DNA from: Craspedostauros australis
Taxonomy: Eukaryota
Direction: 5' to 3'
DNA: 35,099 nt
Assembly: GCA_030167865.1 (NCBI GenBank)
Contig: JALAGF010004364.1
Coordinates: 1-35,099 of the forward strand
The position numbers were made by a program, and so were the translations under genes. The stretch's first letter is position 1. Each line of letters begins with the position of its first letter. The notes under the pieces are model-generated. The model was given only the letters and a program-made list of their open reading frames with translations, was not told where the DNA came from and ran no database searches. Below, piece after piece: positions 33,560 through 35,099 of this stretch.

Positions 33560-34807
33560 GAACTTGTCTGCTCTGATCGTAGTCGTGTGATAATTAGTTT
33601 TGTGAGCGCCAGTGTTCGTGTGATAGACAAAGAACAGGCAAGGTGGGATGGGCAGGACCAGTTGTTCGGCAAGCTTCTGCGCGAGGGAAGCAACGAGAAC
33701 GAGCACGCCGCGGTTCGGATTTTTTCCGCTCTGTGCCTATTTCTGCGATCTTGCTTCGCTCTGTGCACTGTGCACTTTCCTCCTTCGGTTCGTGTTGACT
33801 TGTTGCGTGGAGGTGCTTATCTTCTTGCTCCCAATTCGTATTGGTGGATCGTGCACGTACGACGATGATTGTGGGTGTGCCTCTTCTGCCTGGCTCTACG
33901 GTCTATTCTGCTCTCCTCGTGTCACAAGGCTGGTGTTGGCAGATGTTGATTGGTGCTGATTGGATGTGGGGGGCAGTGTGTTTCAAACGCGATGTTCCTC
34001 TGAATGTGGTGGGCCTTTTGCGGTCGCTGTTGTGGGTGATGATGATGGCGCTCTGGCGCTGCTTTCTTTGATTCAACGTTCTCGTGCGTATGGTGCTCCC
34101 CGATCTATTGTACTTGTCCGCGCAGTAGCTTTCGATGCTGGATTGACTCTGTGCACGTGTTTGCAGCTCGTGTGCTTGTAGTTCGTATCCGACTGGTGCT
34201 GCAGAAGATCCCAAGAAGTCCGAGATGGGGAGAGGTATCAGCGCGTAGCGTATGGTATGCCTCTTCGTGCAACACGATCGATGTGGAGGCACAAGACTGG
34301 TCCGGAAGTTGTCGCTGTCGGCGTTGTTGTGTACGAGCGCGCATCGGTGTGGCAATTGGCGCGAGTGTCAACATCTTTCCTCTCTCTGGCAACGTCCTCG
34401 TTGTTCGCGATGTCGTTCTCTGTCTTCTCCGACCCGACTCATCTTCGACACGAATTAACGACAAGCCAATTTCCCACGACCCAAACGAATCTTTCAGTCC
34501 GGAGGAAGATCCATTCCAAGACATTCGGGAACGGCAATGGCAGATTCGGGTTCTCTTCGGTTGCTTGGAGGAGATCGCGAACATCATGTCACGAATGCAG
34601 AGAGAAGGATATGTTGGCATATGCAGCATCTATTACCATTGCATGCTGCCCTTGCCTCGTTTGTGCTGCCTGGTAGTAGTAGTTTGCTGCGTTTTGGTAA
34701 GTTCAGCACAGGAATGAGTGTGGATGGGTCGTTAACAAAGACACGAAATTGGTTTCGATCGTATCCGATGATCCAAGCCTAGCGGCTATTGGCTAATTTC
34801 CGGTTTT

Positions 34808-35064
34808 TTGGTAATTATTGGTAACCATTGGCATATCGCCGACGGCACAAGCTGCCATTTGATGAGTTGATGCCCGTTNNNNNNNNNNNNNNNNNNNNNN
34901 NNNNNNNNNNNNNNNNNNNNNNNNNNNNNNNNNNNNNNNNNNNNNNNNNNNNNNNNNNNNNNNNNNNNNNNNNNTGCCTCTTTTTACCCTTTATCGGCCT
35001 TTTTCGCACGGACGACGTACGGACGCGATTTCGGAATTTTTTCGTTGGTAACCATTGGTAACCA
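34808..35064. repeat. TTGGTAACCA-type 10-bp repeats on both sides of the assembly gap
   Basis: ttggtaatta/ttggtaacca/ttgg at 34808-34831 and two perfect tandem ttggtaacca copies at 35045-35064. Confidence 0.75.
34879..34974. other. Assembly gap (96 N)
   Basis: Run of N characters. Confidence 0.99.
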
Positions 35065-35099
35065 CGTAGAGTCTACGACGTTCTGGTACAGAAATTTGT

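Noticed and set aside
33373-33768. Poly-Gln N-terminal extension of the CDPK ORF
   Set aside because: It starts at GTG with no in-frame ATG. The poly-Q is a (CAA)n microsatellite, and MGCNSS is a typical acylated N-terminus.
33900-34780. Several overlapping 140-190 aa ORFs right of the CDPK gene
   Set aside because: There are no recognisable domains or consistent coding bias, and long open frames are common in non-coding DNA in this window.
1-35099. CRISPR arrays, prokaryotic defence systems, rRNA/tRNA/snRNA genes, TPP riboswitch, intact transposase or reverse transcriptase
   Set aside because: I saw no repeat-spacer array or diagnostic motifs by eye, and the DNA is intron-containing eukaryotic sequence. 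An Infernal/Rfam scan would be needed to exclude small RNAs formally.

Overview
Eukaryotic nuclear DNA. It has GT-AG introns of about 200-425 nt, CT/GA microsatellites and no operon, CRISPR, rRNA or tRNA signal. The source is most likely a diatom or related stramenopile. This is inferred from two genes with bipartite signal-peptide + Phe transit presequences, a BTB protein of the diatom-expanded type, and RXL processing motifs in a secreted GDPH protein. I reconstructed 12 probable protein-coding genes by hand, four of them spliced: an RGG-rich protein running off the left edge (missed by the ORF track), MRI1/mtnA, a type II membrane protein, plastid dihydroxy-acid dehydratase, a BTB/POZ protein, a small WGHYVDF-motif ORF, a plastid-type 2OG-Fe(II) oxygenase, a TCAIM/DUF4460-like protein, a PH-like/ankyrin/FYVE-like/R-SNARE protein, a ~1,330-aa secreted FN3-like/VWD(GDPH) mosaic protein, a TPR-TPR-PDZ protein and TANGO2/NRDE. 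A CDPK-like kinase with altered catalytic motifs brings the total to 13. A 96-nt assembly gap near the right end is flanked by 10-bp repeats. The best leads are the soluble R-SNARE multidomain protein, the secreted GDPH mosaic protein (possibly with a 3-nt microexon), the putative pseudo-CDPK and the TPR-PDZ co-chaperone. All domain calls come from motif recognition by eye; no searches were run.
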